A DNA stretch of 40,915 nt from NCBI GenBank assembly GCA_012719085.1, contig JAAYBA010000147.1, forward strand, positions 1-40,915, in the 5' to 3' direction. Shown one piece after another: positions 10,439 to 19,801 of this stretch; position 1 is the stretch's first letter; each line of letters begins with the position of its first letter. The notes beneath the pieces were generated by a model. That model was not told where the DNA came from and did no database searches. It was given only the letters and a program-made list of their open reading frames with translations. This DNA is from Planctomycetota bacterium (GTDB taxonomy: Bacteria; Planctomycetota; Phycisphaerae; Sedimentisphaerales; Anaerobacaceae). The translations under genes were made by a program, and so were the position numbers.

Positions 10439-10638
10439 AGCTTACCTCCTTGTCGAAGAGTGTTTTGGCCGCCAGGCACATGCGGCTCGGCGAAAGCGGG
10501 CCCGGCGACGATGTCAACCAAAGACCGCCCCTTTTTAGGCGCACCTGACCCCATAGATGTGGATGGAATTCCTGAAAATGCAAAAAAAAGACGTGTCGGC
10601 ACGCATCTTCCACAGATCGGGTGAGGCGGAAGCACGGA

Positions 10639-11517
10639 CTACGGCATGACGTCCGTCCGTTCGAGCCAGTAATCGCTGAAGAGCACCAAGTCGCAAACGT
10701 CGATTCGATCGTCGCCATTCAGATCGACTGCCATCGTCTCGTTCGGATCTGAAACGAACGTCTGTCGCCAGCGGCCGGCCAACACGGCGAAATCGGCGAA
10801 GTTGACAAGGGTGTCGGCGTTGCAGTCACGAGACACAACATGTTGAAAAGAAAGGACTTGAATTAGAACCGCCTCGAATGGCGGGGGATCGCCAGGATCA
10901 TCAGGATTCGGCTCGGTCACGACATCGGTGCTCGCCGCATAGCCGTACAATCCGACGCTGCATTCTCCAACGGCCTTGGCCTGGTAATCCAGAATGAACC
11001 ACGGGCCGGGAACCGCATCCCAGGACGAAAGCAGGTGAAATGACAATCCGCTCGCATCCGCCGCGGCCGTGACCAGGGCGTTTGTGCCGGCCGCCGGAAG
11101 GCACGATCCTTCGTAGCTGAAGAAGGGGTAAGCCGGATTGTCGCCCCTCGCCGAGACGATCCCCGTGTCCAGGTTCGCCCGCGAAAGCCACAGCGCACCA
11201 CCCCAACCTGATGCCATATCGGACGTTACGGCAATGACGAGCCGGGTCCCCACCATGACGTCGCGATATATGTTTGGCACGTTGGGATCGGCCAGGGCCA
11301 ACGGTGTCGCCTCATCGGCCAGGAAGACGTGGGCGGAGATCCCCGCAGCGACGGTCGAGCCAAGGAGCCCCACCAGGATCAGCGAAAAAGAGGCAATCGC
11401 GCGCAGACTGATCCGCCCCGCATGGCTCCCGCTCCGCGCACACAGGGCACGACCAGGCGTCGGGCGGCCAACGCGCTGCCCCCATCGCCCCAAAACGTCC
11501 CTTTCTGCAACTCGCAT
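10639..11517 (-). CDS. Secreted protein with C-terminal dockerin/EF-hand-like repeat pair
   Basis: DCNADTLVNFADFAVLAGRW and DLNGDDRIDVCDLVLFSDYWL; hydrophobic segment SFSLILVGLLGSTVAA. Start uncertain. Confidence 0.75.
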   Translation of the reverse strand: MRVAERDVLGRWGQRVGRPTPGRALCARSGSHAGRISLRAIASFSLILVGLLGSTVAAGISAHVFLADEATPLALADPNVPNIYRDVMVGTRLVIAVTSDMASGWGGALWLSRANLDTGIVSARGDNPAYPFFSYEGSCLPAAGTNALVTAAADASGLSFHLLSSWDAVPGPWFILDYQAKAVGECSVGLYGYAASTDVVTEPNPDDPGDPPPFEAVLIQVLSFQHVVSRDCNADTLVNFADFAVLAGRWRQTFVSDPNETMAVDLNGDDRIDVCDLVLFSDYWLERTDVMP

Positions 11518-11523
11518 CCCCAC

Positions 11524-11552
11524 ATTATAGGAATTTGCTGTTTCCAGGTCAA
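11524..11552 (-). promoter_or_regulatory. sigma70 promoter for the dockerin-like gene (possibly the whole minus-strand cluster)
   Basis: TTGACC-17 nt-TATAAT. Confidence 0.75.
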
Positions 11553-11910
11553 TCCGCTTGCTCCGCCTGACCTGGCAAGACGCAGCGAGCCCGAGGCCGG
11601 CGTATCCCGAGTCGACCCCGTGGGCGCAGAAACGGTGGCGCGCACCGGCAGAAAGATCCTCGTCACATGACCACGTTGTGGGTGTCGAATCGCTATCGAC
11701 GCAACAGGGATTGTCTTCGCATGACGAAGTGCGGGCAGGTGTCATCGGCCCATGTGAACAGGCCCTCCATCCTGCCCTGGTCGGGGTTAGTGCCGGTCGC
11801 CCAGGTGCAGTGGCCCCAGGTGGGCTTTTCGATACACGTTCGGGCCGGCGAGAGGCCAATGTGGATGAGAAAACCTGACGGTGGATTGATTTTCTTGCCG
11901 GTGTGCGCGC

Positions 11911-11968
11911 AGAAAAAGAGGGAGACAGCGACCCCCCTTGGCATTGACACCCGGTCTGCCGCCCCCCC
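11911..11968 (-). terminator. Intrinsic terminator
   Basis: Stem GGGGGGGCGGCAGACC / GGUCGCUGUCUCCCUC followed by UUUUUCU. Confidence 0.6.
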
Positions 11969-12032
11969 TGGAAAAGAAGGAAGGAGTATTAGGAGCGAGT
12001 TTCCTCGATCTCAGGCTTTTGCTACCCCTTAC
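11911..12032 (-). ncRNA. Candidate small RNA (about 120 nt) with anti-SD tracts
   Basis: Own promoter and terminator, no credible ORF, CGAG-GAAA-CUCG hairpin, pyrimidine tract CUCCUAAUACUCCUUCCUUCUUUUCC. Confidence 0.55.
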
Positions 12033-12038
12033 ACCCAA

Positions 12039-12067
12039 AGTATAGCTCAGCTTCCGACCAAAGCAAA
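12039..12067 (-). promoter_or_regulatory. sigma70 promoter of the candidate sRNA
   Basis: TTGCTT-16 nt-TATACT (or TTTGCT-17 nt). Confidence 0.6.
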
Positions 12068-12213
12068 AACGGCAGGGAGATTCTCGCTCTTTTTGCCGAT
12101 GGGTCCGGCCGGGTGGGACCGACGGGACGATTGCCGCTTGTGGGGCCGAAATCGATCTACTATGATCGCGCGACGATAAGGACCGTCGCCACGGATTCGA
12201 GTGAGGATTGTAG

Positions 12214-14703
12214 ATGCTACCGTTTTCCGACCCCGTGCTGATTTTTGGCAGCGTCATGACGCTGATTCTGGTGGTGCCGCTGTTCGCACGGAAGCTGCGG
12301 CTTCCCGAAATCGTCGGTCTGATCGCCGCCGGAACCGCGATCGGGCCTCACGGCGCCGGAATCCTCGCCCGCGACCAGACGGTACAGTTGCTCGGCACGG
12401 TCGGCCTGCTGTACATCATGTTCCTGGCAGGACTGGAGATCGACCTGCACCAGGTCCGGAGGAACAGAAGCCATACCATTGTCTTTGGACTGCTGACGTT
12501 CATCGTCCCTCTGGCAATGGGCATCCCGATGGGTATCTGGCTCCTCGGCATGGCCATGCCATCGGCCATTCTCCTGGCCAGTATGTTCAGCTCCCACACA
12601 CTGGTGACGTTTCCGGCGGTGGGCAAGCTCGGCCTGACCAAATCGCGGTCCGTCACGGCCGTGATCGGCGGAACGATCATCACCGATACGCTGGCCCTGC
12701 TGCTGCTATCGGTCATCGCCAGCACCACGCGGGGCGACCCAAGCGTCGGGTTCTGGGTTCGGCTGCTCTCGCTGATGGCTCTATACGTCGCGGCCGTATT
12801 GGCCCTCATTCCCCTGCTCGGCCGGTGGTTTTTTCGCCACATCGCCGTCGATGAGAACAGCGAGTTTGTCTTCGTTCTGGCCGTCGCTCTTCTGAGCTCG
12901 TTTCTGGCCCACGTTGCCGGGCTCGAGCCGATCATCGGCGCCTTCCTGGCCGGGATCGCCCTGAACGCACTGATCCCTGAGAAGAGCCTTCTGATGACCC
13001 GGATCCACTTCACGGGTGAAGTCATCTTCATTCCATTCTTCCTGCTGTCGGTGGGTATGCTGGTCGATCTAAGCCTGTTGTGGACCGGGTCGGGAGCATG
13101 GATCATTGCCATCAGTATGACCATCGTCGCCATCCTGGCCAAATTCGGCGCCGCTTGGGGCAGCCGGTTGGTGTTGCGGTACCGCCGGGACGAAGGCCGG
13201 CTGATCTTCGGGCTCAGCGTCAATCAGGCCGCCGCCACTCTGGCGGCTGTGATGGTCGGCTACGACATCGGATTGTTCTCCGAGGCGGTGATCACAGGGA
13301 CCATCATGATGATCGCCGTGACCTGCCTGGTCGGTTCGGTCGTCACGGAACGAGCGGGAAGAGCAGTGGCCCTGCATGAGGAACAGGCGGCCTTCGACGC
13401 GTCGACGGCACCGCACAGAATCATGATCCCGCTGGAGGGCCGCGAAGGGGCCAGAGAACTGCTCGACGTCGCCCTGCTGCTTCGCGAGAAGGGTTCCCAC
13501 GAGCCAGTGTACCCCGTTCGTGTGGCCCAGGAGGGCAGTGATTCGGAGCAGCAGGTGGCGGCGGCCGAGAAGATTCTCGCGCACACGGTCGTCCGAGCGA
13601 TGGCGGCCGGCGTCCCGGTGACTCCGCTGACCAGCGTGGACGTCAGCGTTACATCGGGCGTCCTGCGGACCGTTCGAGACAATCGGATCTCCATGATCCT
13701 GCTGGGGTGGGATGGACGCGTCGGTTCGAAGACCCGAACGTTCGGCCGCATCATCGACGCCGTGGTCGAACAGAGCCTGCAATTCGTCATGGTCAATCGC
13801 TTCTGCGAACCTGTCAGCACGGCCGGACGGATCGTACTGGTTCTACCGCCCTTCGCTGAACGTCAGCCCGGCTTCGAAGCGGTCATCACGGCGGTCAAGA
13901 CCCTGGCCAGCCAAGCCGGGACAACCCTGTTGGCCCTCTGCTCAGCCCAGACGAAAGCCGCGGCGGAAACCTTCATCACGAAGACGCCCCCCTCCGTTTC
14001 CACATCCGTCGAAGCACTCGACGAGTGGAAGGCGGTGCAACAGAGCATTACCGACCGGATCGAGGCCAACGACTGGCTTGTCCTCATGGGCGCACGAAAG
14101 GGGGAGGTCGCGTGGCAGCCCATCCTCGACCGCCTGCCTGGCCGTCTGGCTTCGCAGTTCCCCACGACGACGTTTTCCGTCGTCATACCGCCCACACAAA
14201 GGTGGGACAGCCAGCAGGCGGCCGAGAAGATCCTCGATTCGGCCTACATCTTCTCGACCTTCACCCGAGACCGGACGATGCTGCAGATGGACGTCAGGAC
14301 CGTCGAGGAGGCCTTGCCGGAGCTGCTGAGCCGCCACTTCGACAGCGAATCGGCTGATGTCCTCAGGGTCGCCGATCTGCTGCAAACCATCAGCCAGGAG
14401 GAACCGGTGGAACTGACCCGGGATGTGGTCCTGCTCCACACACACGTGCCGAACGTCTCCGGGTCGGTGGTCTTCCTGGGGGTCTCGAAACACCCGTTGG
14501 ATGTGCCCCTCGCCTCGGGCCGGCCCCATATCCTCATCATCCTGCTCGATCCGGTCGGACAGGACCCGGCCAGGCATCTTCAGGCCCTGGCCGACATCGC
14601 ACGAATCATGCGGGTGCCGGACATGCCGCAGGTTCTCAGAACGGCCCCGGATTACGATCGTTTGATCGCCGAGATCGCCCTGCGGACGATGGCCCAGGCA
14701 TAG
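12214..14703 (+). CDS. Cation:proton antiporter (CPA2) with USP-like region and C-terminal PTS EIIA-like domain
   Basis: GLLYIMFLAGLEID, TIITDTLALL, IIGAFLAG, FIPFFLLSVGML; about 12 TMs then soluble domains; C-terminal VVLLHTH...HLQALADIARI. Confidence 0.85.
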   Translation: MLPFSDPVLIFGSVMTLILVVPLFARKLRLPEIVGLIAAGTAIGPHGAGILARDQTVQLLGTVGLLYIMFLAGLEIDLHQVRRNRSHTIVFGLLTFIVPLAMGIPMGIWLLGMAMPSAILLASMFSSHTLVTFPAVGKLGLTKSRSVTAVIGGTIITDTLALLLLSVIASTTRGDPSVGFWVRLLSLMALYVAAVLALIPLLGRWFFRHIAVDENSEFVFVLAVALLSSFLAHVAGLEPIIGAFLAGIALNALIPEKSLLMTRIHFTGEVIFIPFFLLSVGMLVDLSLLWTGSGAWIIAISMTIVAILAKFGAAWGSRLVLRYRRDEGRLIFGLSVNQAAATLAAVMVGYDIGLFSEAVITGTIMMIAVTCLVGSVVTERAGRAVALHEEQAAFDASTAPHRIMIPLEGREGARELLDVALLLREKGSHEPVYPVRVAQEGSDSEQQVAAAEKILAHTVVRAMAAGVPVTPLTSVDVSVTSGVLRTVRDNRISMILLGWDGRVGSKTRTFGRIIDAVVEQSLQFVMVNRFCEPVSTAGRIVLVLPPFAERQPGFEAVITAVKTLASQAGTTLLALCSAQTKAAAETFITKTPPSVSTSVEALDEWKAVQQSITDRIEANDWLVLMGARKGEVAWQPILDRLPGRLASQFPTTTFSVVIPPTQRWDSQQAAEKILDSAYIFSTFTRDRTMLQMDVRTVEEALPELLSRHFDSESADVLRVADLLQTISQEEPVELTRDVVLLHTHVPNVSGSVVFLGVSKHPLDVPLASGRPHILIILLDPVGQDPARHLQALADIARIMRVPDMPQVLRTAPDYDRLIAEIALRTMAQA

Positions 14704-14768
14704 ACGCGGGGGCTGGGCCTTTCGCAGCATATCCGGCCGAAAATCGGGGTTCTCCCGCACGCCAGTTC

Positions 14769-14797
14769 TTGACGAACGCCCCTTTCGGTGGTATGGT
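14769..14797 (+). promoter_or_regulatory. Putative sigma70 promoter for gyrA
   Basis: TTGACG-17 nt-TATGGT with TGn extension. Confidence 0.55.
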
Positions 14798-14961
14798 GCT
14801 TGTTTCTCGGAACCCTGGCTAAGGACGGTGACCGGTACTTGTGCAGTCGCGTCACACCTTTTTTTGAACAGAATTCAGGCCACAGTTGCGGGGCGTGCCA
14901 TGCACACCCCTTCAAGGCAGCTTCCGCCTGACCCGAATCCGGACAGATTGAGATCGAAGAT

Positions 14962-17523
14962 ATGACGAAGGACGTGGAACAGCCCCAGGAACGCTTTGAA
15001 GATATGCCGATTCTTGACGAGCTCAAGAATTCGTATCTGAACTATGCCATGAGCGTGATCGTCGCGCGGGCCCTGCCCGACGCCCGGGACGGCCTGAAAC
15101 CCTCCCAGCGGCGCATCCTCGTGGCGATGAACGATCTGAACCTGGGGCCGCGAAGCACCCACCGAAAGTGCGCCAAGATCGTCGGCGACACGAGCGGAAA
15201 CTACCATCCGCACGGCGACCAGGCCACCTATGGGACACTCGTTCGCCTGGGCCAGGACTGGAATATGCGGTACACGCTGGTCGATCCGCAGGGCAACTTC
15301 GGCAGCATCGACGCCGACCCCCCGGCGGCCATGCGATATACCGAGGCCCGCATGGCGGCGCCCGCCATGGAGATGCTCCAGGACCTCAACTACGAGACGG
15401 TGGATTTCAACCCGAACTACGACGAGACGCGGATGGAGCCGGTGGTGCTGCCATCGAAGTTCCCGAACCTTCTGGTCAACGGCTCGACCGGGATCGCCGT
15501 CGGCATGGCGACGAACATCCCCCCGCACAACGTCAAAGAGATCTGCGAGGCGCTGCTCCTGGTGGTCAACGATCCGAAGTGCGGATTCAAGGACATCATG
15601 AAGGTCCTGCCGGGTCCGGACTTTCCCACGGGGGGCATCATCTGCGGGAAGAAGGGGATTATCGACGCCTATACGACCGGCCGGGGGCACCTGAGGGTGC
15701 GTGCCAAGACCGAGGTCGAGACCGACAAGCGCGGCCGGCAACGAATCGTGGTCACCGAGATCCCCTACACCGTCGTCAAGACATCGATCGTATCGAAGAT
15801 TGCCGAGTGTGTTCACGCCGGGACCATCCCGGAGATCTCCGACGTCCGCGACGAGTCCGACCGTCACGGGCTGCGCATCGTCGTCGAGCTGAAGAAGGAC
15901 GCCGATCCCGAGATCGTGCTGAACAAACTGTTCCGCTACACCTCGTTACAGACGACTTTTGCCATCGCCAACATCGCCCTGGTCAACAATCAGCCCGAGA
16001 CGCTGAACATCCGGGAGATGCTCCAGTGTTTCATCGACCACCGCAAAACGGTCATTCGTCGGCGGAGCCGATTCCTTCTGAGACGGTGCCGCAATCGGGC
16101 CCACATCCTCGAAGGCCTGATCCTGGCGGTGACGGACATCGACGAGATCATCGACATCATCAAGAAGTCGCCTGATGCGCCGACGGCCAAGCTGAACCTG
16201 ATGAACAAGCCGCTGCGGCTGGCCGAGGTGGCGACGCTGCACAAGCTGCTGCCGGCCGAGTTCGTCAAGGCCAAGAGCCAGGGCGACCACTTCCTCACCG
16301 GCCCACAGGCGGATGCCATCCTGACGATGCAGTTGCAGCGCCTGACCGGCCTGGAAATCGAGAAGCTGGCCAAGGAATACGCCGGACTCGTCGAGCAGAT
16401 CGAAGGCTACGAGGCCATCCTGTCCAACGAGAACGTCCTGCTCGACATCATCCGCGAAGATCTGCACGAGATGAAGGAGAAGTACGGCGACCGCCGACGG
16501 ACGCAGATCGCCGGCGCCGTCGAGACGCTCGACATCGAAGACCTGATCGCCGACGAGGACGTCATCGTCACCGTCAGCCATATCGGTTACATCAAGCGGA
16601 TGCCCACCGACACCTACCGCCGCCAGGGCCGAGGCGGTCGCGGCATCATCGGCTCCGACACGAAGGAAGGCGACTTCATCAAGCACCTGTTCATTGCCTC
16701 GACGCACGACTATCTGCTGGTGTTCACCAACCGGGGCAAGTGCTACTGGCTGCGGGTCTACGACGTGCCTGCGATGAGCCGGCAGAGCAAGGGGCGCAGT
16801 ATCGCCAACCTCCTGAACCTCGGCAGCCAGCAGATCGCTTCGATCATTGCAGTCACCAGTTTCGAGGACGAGCAAGGCAGTCCCGAGCGACAGCTCGTGA
16901 TGGCCACACAGAACGGCGTCGTGAAGAAGACGCGACTCAGCGCCTACGGCAATCCGAGATCGAACGGCGTCATTGCGATCAACCTGGACCCGAACGACGC
17001 CCTGATCGGGGTGGCCCAGACCACCGGCGCCGACCACATCATCCTGGGCACGCGCGACGGGATGACGATCCGCTTCGACGAGCAGGAGGTCCGTTCCATG
17101 GGCCGCGCCTCTCGCGGCGTTCGCGGGATCAACCTGCGGGGCGGCGACACGGTTGTCGGCATGGTGATCGTCGAAGAGAAATCCGCTCTGTTCACGGTCT
17201 GCGAGAACGGCTACGGCAAGCGGACGGGCATCGAGAACTACAAAGCGCAGTCTCGCGGCGGGCTCGGGCTCAAGAACATCAAGACGTCGGATCGCAACGG
17301 CAAGGTCGTGGCGCTCAAGGCGGTCCAAAGTGAAGACGACCTGATGCTCATCACCGCCAACGGGATGATTATCCGCACGGGCCTCGACGAGATTCGCTCC
17401 ATCGGCCGCAACACGCAGGGCGTGCGGCTGATCAACCTCAAGGAAGGCGATAAGCTGGTCGCCGCCGAGAAGATCGCCGCCGAGGACCTCGAGGACGAAG
17501 GCGAAGGCGAGGGTACTTCGTAG
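14962..17523 (+). CDS. gyrA: DNA gyrase subunit A
   Basis: SYLNYAMSVIVARALPDARDGLKP, YHPHGD, AAMRYTE (catalytic Tyr), GyrA-box QGRGGRG, beta-pinwheel repeats, acidic tail. Confidence 0.97.
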   Translation: MTKDVEQPQERFEDMPILDELKNSYLNYAMSVIVARALPDARDGLKPSQRRILVAMNDLNLGPRSTHRKCAKIVGDTSGNYHPHGDQATYGTLVRLGQDWNMRYTLVDPQGNFGSIDADPPAAMRYTEARMAAPAMEMLQDLNYETVDFNPNYDETRMEPVVLPSKFPNLLVNGSTGIAVGMATNIPPHNVKEICEALLLVVNDPKCGFKDIMKVLPGPDFPTGGIICGKKGIIDAYTTGRGHLRVRAKTEVETDKRGRQRIVVTEIPYTVVKTSIVSKIAECVHAGTIPEISDVRDESDRHGLRIVVELKKDADPEIVLNKLFRYTSLQTTFAIANIALVNNQPETLNIREMLQCFIDHRKTVIRRRSRFLLRRCRNRAHILEGLILAVTDIDEIIDIIKKSPDAPTAKLNLMNKPLRLAEVATLHKLLPAEFVKAKSQGDHFLTGPQADAILTMQLQRLTGLEIEKLAKEYAGLVEQIEGYEAILSNENVLLDIIREDLHEMKEKYGDRRRTQIAGAVETLDIEDLIADEDVIVTVSHIGYIKRMPTDTYRRQGRGGRGIIGSDTKEGDFIKHLFIASTHDYLLVFTNRGKCYWLRVYDVPAMSRQSKGRSIANLLNLGSQQIASIIAVTSFEDEQGSPERQLVMATQNGVVKKTRLSAYGNPRSNGVIAINLDPNDALIGVAQTTGADHIILGTRDGMTIRFDEQEVRSMGRASRGVRGINLRGGDTVVGMVIVEEKSALFTVCENGYGKRTGIENYKAQSRGGLGLKNIKTSDRNGKVVALKAVQSEDDLMLITANGMIIRTGLDEIRSIGRNTQGVRLINLKEGDKLVAAEKIAAEDLEDEGEGEGTS

Positions 17524-17595
17524 TGTGCTTCTAAGGGCATCAGGCCGTGACGGAAGAACGTCTTACGACGTGACTACAAGCGGCAGGATCCGTTC

Positions 17596-18549
17596 ATGAG
17601 CGGACAGATCTATGTCATCACGGGCAAGGACGAGCCGCTGGTTAACGCCAGGTGCCAGGAGCTGGTCGATCGTCTTGTCGATCCGGAGAACCGCATGACG
17701 GGACTCCTCTCGGCCGAAGGCGCCCAGATTCCGATCTCCGACGTCCTCGATGAGTTGCGAACGGCGCCCTTTCTGACGGGCCGGCGGGTCGTCGTCGTCA
17801 AGAGCGCCGACGAGTTCATCTCGAAGAACCGCCCGGCCCTGGAGAACTACTTCGACAAGCCTTGCCCGACCGGTGTCCTCGTGCTGACCGTCGGCAGTTG
17901 GCCCAAGCAGACCAAACTGGCCAAGAAGCTGCCGAAGGTCGGGACGCTGATCGAGGTCAGTCCGCCGAAGCGACATGAGCTGCCCCGATATCTCATTGAG
18001 TATGCTCAGCGGACCAGCAAGATGAAGCTCGACCGCCCCGCCGCCGAAATGCTGATCGAGCTGGTCGGCGAAGACCTGACCCTGCTCTACAACGAGATCG
18101 ACAAGCTCGCCCTGTTCGCGCGGGACGAGAAGGCAATCACGAGCAAGCACGTCGAGGCGTTGGCTGGACACAATCGCATCTTCGGCGCGTTCGAAGTGAT
18201 TGAGGCAATGCTCACAGGCCAGCCGCTCCAGGCCATCCGGCGGCTGCGCAACATGTTCGAAGAGGACAAGAGCGCCGAGTACACCGTCGTCGGCGCCTTC
18301 GCCTACCACCTGCGACGCATGTTCAGCGCCAAGGTCATGCTCCAGAAAGGCGCCGGACCGGGTGATGTCGCCGGCAAGCTGCGGATCTGGAACAACAAGG
18401 ACCGTTTCTTTGCCCAGTTGCGACAGACCTCACTGGAGCAGTTGGGCAGGTACCTCGAACAACTGGCCGCCATCGACCACGCCGTCAAAACCGGCCAGGC
18501 CAAAACCCAGGTCGCCATGGAGCAGCTCGTGCTCCAACTCGCGAGGTAG
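17596..18549 (+). CDS. holA: DNA polymerase III subunit delta
   Basis: IYVITGKDE, ELRTAPFLTGRRVVVV, LYNEIDKLALF, IDHAVKTG. Confidence 0.9.
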   Translation: MSGQIYVITGKDEPLVNARCQELVDRLVDPENRMTGLLSAEGAQIPISDVLDELRTAPFLTGRRVVVVKSADEFISKNRPALENYFDKPCPTGVLVLTVGSWPKQTKLAKKLPKVGTLIEVSPPKRHELPRYLIEYAQRTSKMKLDRPAAEMLIELVGEDLTLLYNEIDKLALFARDEKAITSKHVEALAGHNRIFGAFEVIEAMLTGQPLQAIRRLRNMFEEDKSAEYTVVGAFAYHLRRMFSAKVMLQKGAGPGDVAGKLRIWNNKDRFFAQLRQTSLEQLGRYLEQLAAIDHAVKTGQAKTQVAMEQLVLQLAR

Positions 18550-18558
18550 CGAGGGACT

Positions 18559-19485
18559 TTATCCACACGTCAGATCCACCAACCAGGCATCGGACTGCGC
18601 CTTGCTGTAGCCGAGGAAGGCGGAACTGGGGTCGTGCTGGTCGAAGGACTGGCGGGCCGTCAGCTTGTTGGCGTTGGCATAGCAGTACGCGCAGCCGTGC
18701 GGGCAGGTGTTGTAGGTCCCGATGTCGGCGCTTTCGGTGCAGCCGCACTGAGGCCTCGTGCCTTTGTCTTTGTACGGCGTCTCGCTCGGGCCGAACAGCC
18801 GCTCGATGAGAACTCCGTCGATGCAATGGGCTTTCTGTATCCGGCCACCAACCAGGTAATCGCCGCAGCAGGAGTACATCGCGATGCCGTGCCGAGCGGC
18901 GACCTCCGCAAGCCGGTTGGCCAGCTCGATCCGCACCGGCTCGCTCGGCTCGGCCACCTGAACGCCTTGGGCCCTCTCCAAATCCCGGAAGTTGCGTCGG
19001 ACCTTCCCGTAGAACGCGACGAAGCTGAAATAGCACCGCTCGACGAGCCCTTCCAGTTCGCTCGCAAGAGATTCGAACGCACGCACATAGAACGCCTCGT
19101 CGCTGATGCTCGACCGGATGATCGGATCGAACCGCCAGTTGATATGCCCAGGCGAGTAGCGTCCGGCAAGATGCTTCAAGGTGCGCAGGGCCGCGTGCCT
19201 GTCCACGTCGCTCTCGAAGACCGACGGCAGCGCCGTCACGGTGCAGTTGAAGTAGAATCGATAACCGAGTCGATCGAGGGTTTCGAGATGCGCGACGAAC
19301 GGCGTGAAGTCCTTCGACCAGAAGACGAGGCAGTCCACATCGTCGCGTCTCAGGGGCACGCGATATCGCTGGCCGCCGAAGGGATTGACCACACCGACGA
19401 ATCCCTCACGAACCCGTCGCATGAACCACTCGCCATAGAAGGCTGGAATGTCGGTGCGTCGCGAAACCGAAACGATCCGTCTCAT
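18559..19485 (-). CDS. DUF1848 family protein (radical-SAM-like, C-terminal Cys cluster)
   Basis: IVSVSRRTDIPAFYGEWF, LVFWSKD, WRFDPII, CGCTESADIGTYNTCPHGCAYCYAN. Confidence 0.9.
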   Translation of the reverse strand: MRRIVSVSRRTDIPAFYGEWFMRRVREGFVGVVNPFGGQRYRVPLRRDDVDCLVFWSKDFTPFVAHLETLDRLGYRFYFNCTVTALPSVFESDVDRHAALRTLKHLAGRYSPGHINWRFDPIIRSSISDEAFYVRAFESLASELEGLVERCYFSFVAFYGKVRRNFRDLERAQGVQVAEPSEPVRIELANRLAEVAARHGIAMYSCCGDYLVGGRIQKAHCIDGVLIERLFGPSETPYKDKGTRPQCGCTESADIGTYNTCPHGCAYCYANANKLTARQSFDQHDPSSAFLGYSKAQSDAWLVDLTCG

Positions 19486-19716
19486 CGTGCTTTGCGGAAC
19501 CTTATCGCAGCCGGAGCGGAACCGCACCCAGGTCTCCATAAAAAGGAAGACGGAGTCGCCCTCCTCCGGAACGACTCCGTAGCTTCTGGGAAACCGCGAC
19601 GGGCTTTTGGCCCAACCTCGGTTCTTGCCATGGTACACATCCGGGCGCCATTGCCGCCCCGGCACGGTCGCAGGCAACCTCCCACGACCCACAAGGCACA
19701 CCGTAACGCATCCCTC

Positions 19717-19767
19717 CCGAAAAGGCAATGACCTATTTTTCCTACATAGCCTATTTTTTGCCTTCGG
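19717..19767. repeat. Inverted repeat enclosing three tandem 9-mers
   Basis: CCGAAAAGGCAA ... TTGCCTTCGG arms around CCTATTTTT-CCTACATAG-CCTATTTTT. Confidence 0.55.
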
Positions 19768-19801
19768 CCGGATGGCAATACGCTTTCGCGACAGGATTGC
19801 C

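Noticed and set aside
10530-10600. Possible ECF promoter upstream of the C39 gene (TTGCAT...CATCTA)
   Set aside because: No consensus is known for this sigma and there is no second copy to support it
11518-12257. Several 85-170 aa ORFs and the extension to 11859
   Set aside because: Cross promoter and terminator signals, lack SDs and have non-protein-like composition
14962-17523. parC instead of gyrA; gyrB absent from the window
   Set aside because: GyrA-box and acidic tail are present; unlinked gyrA/gyrB is common
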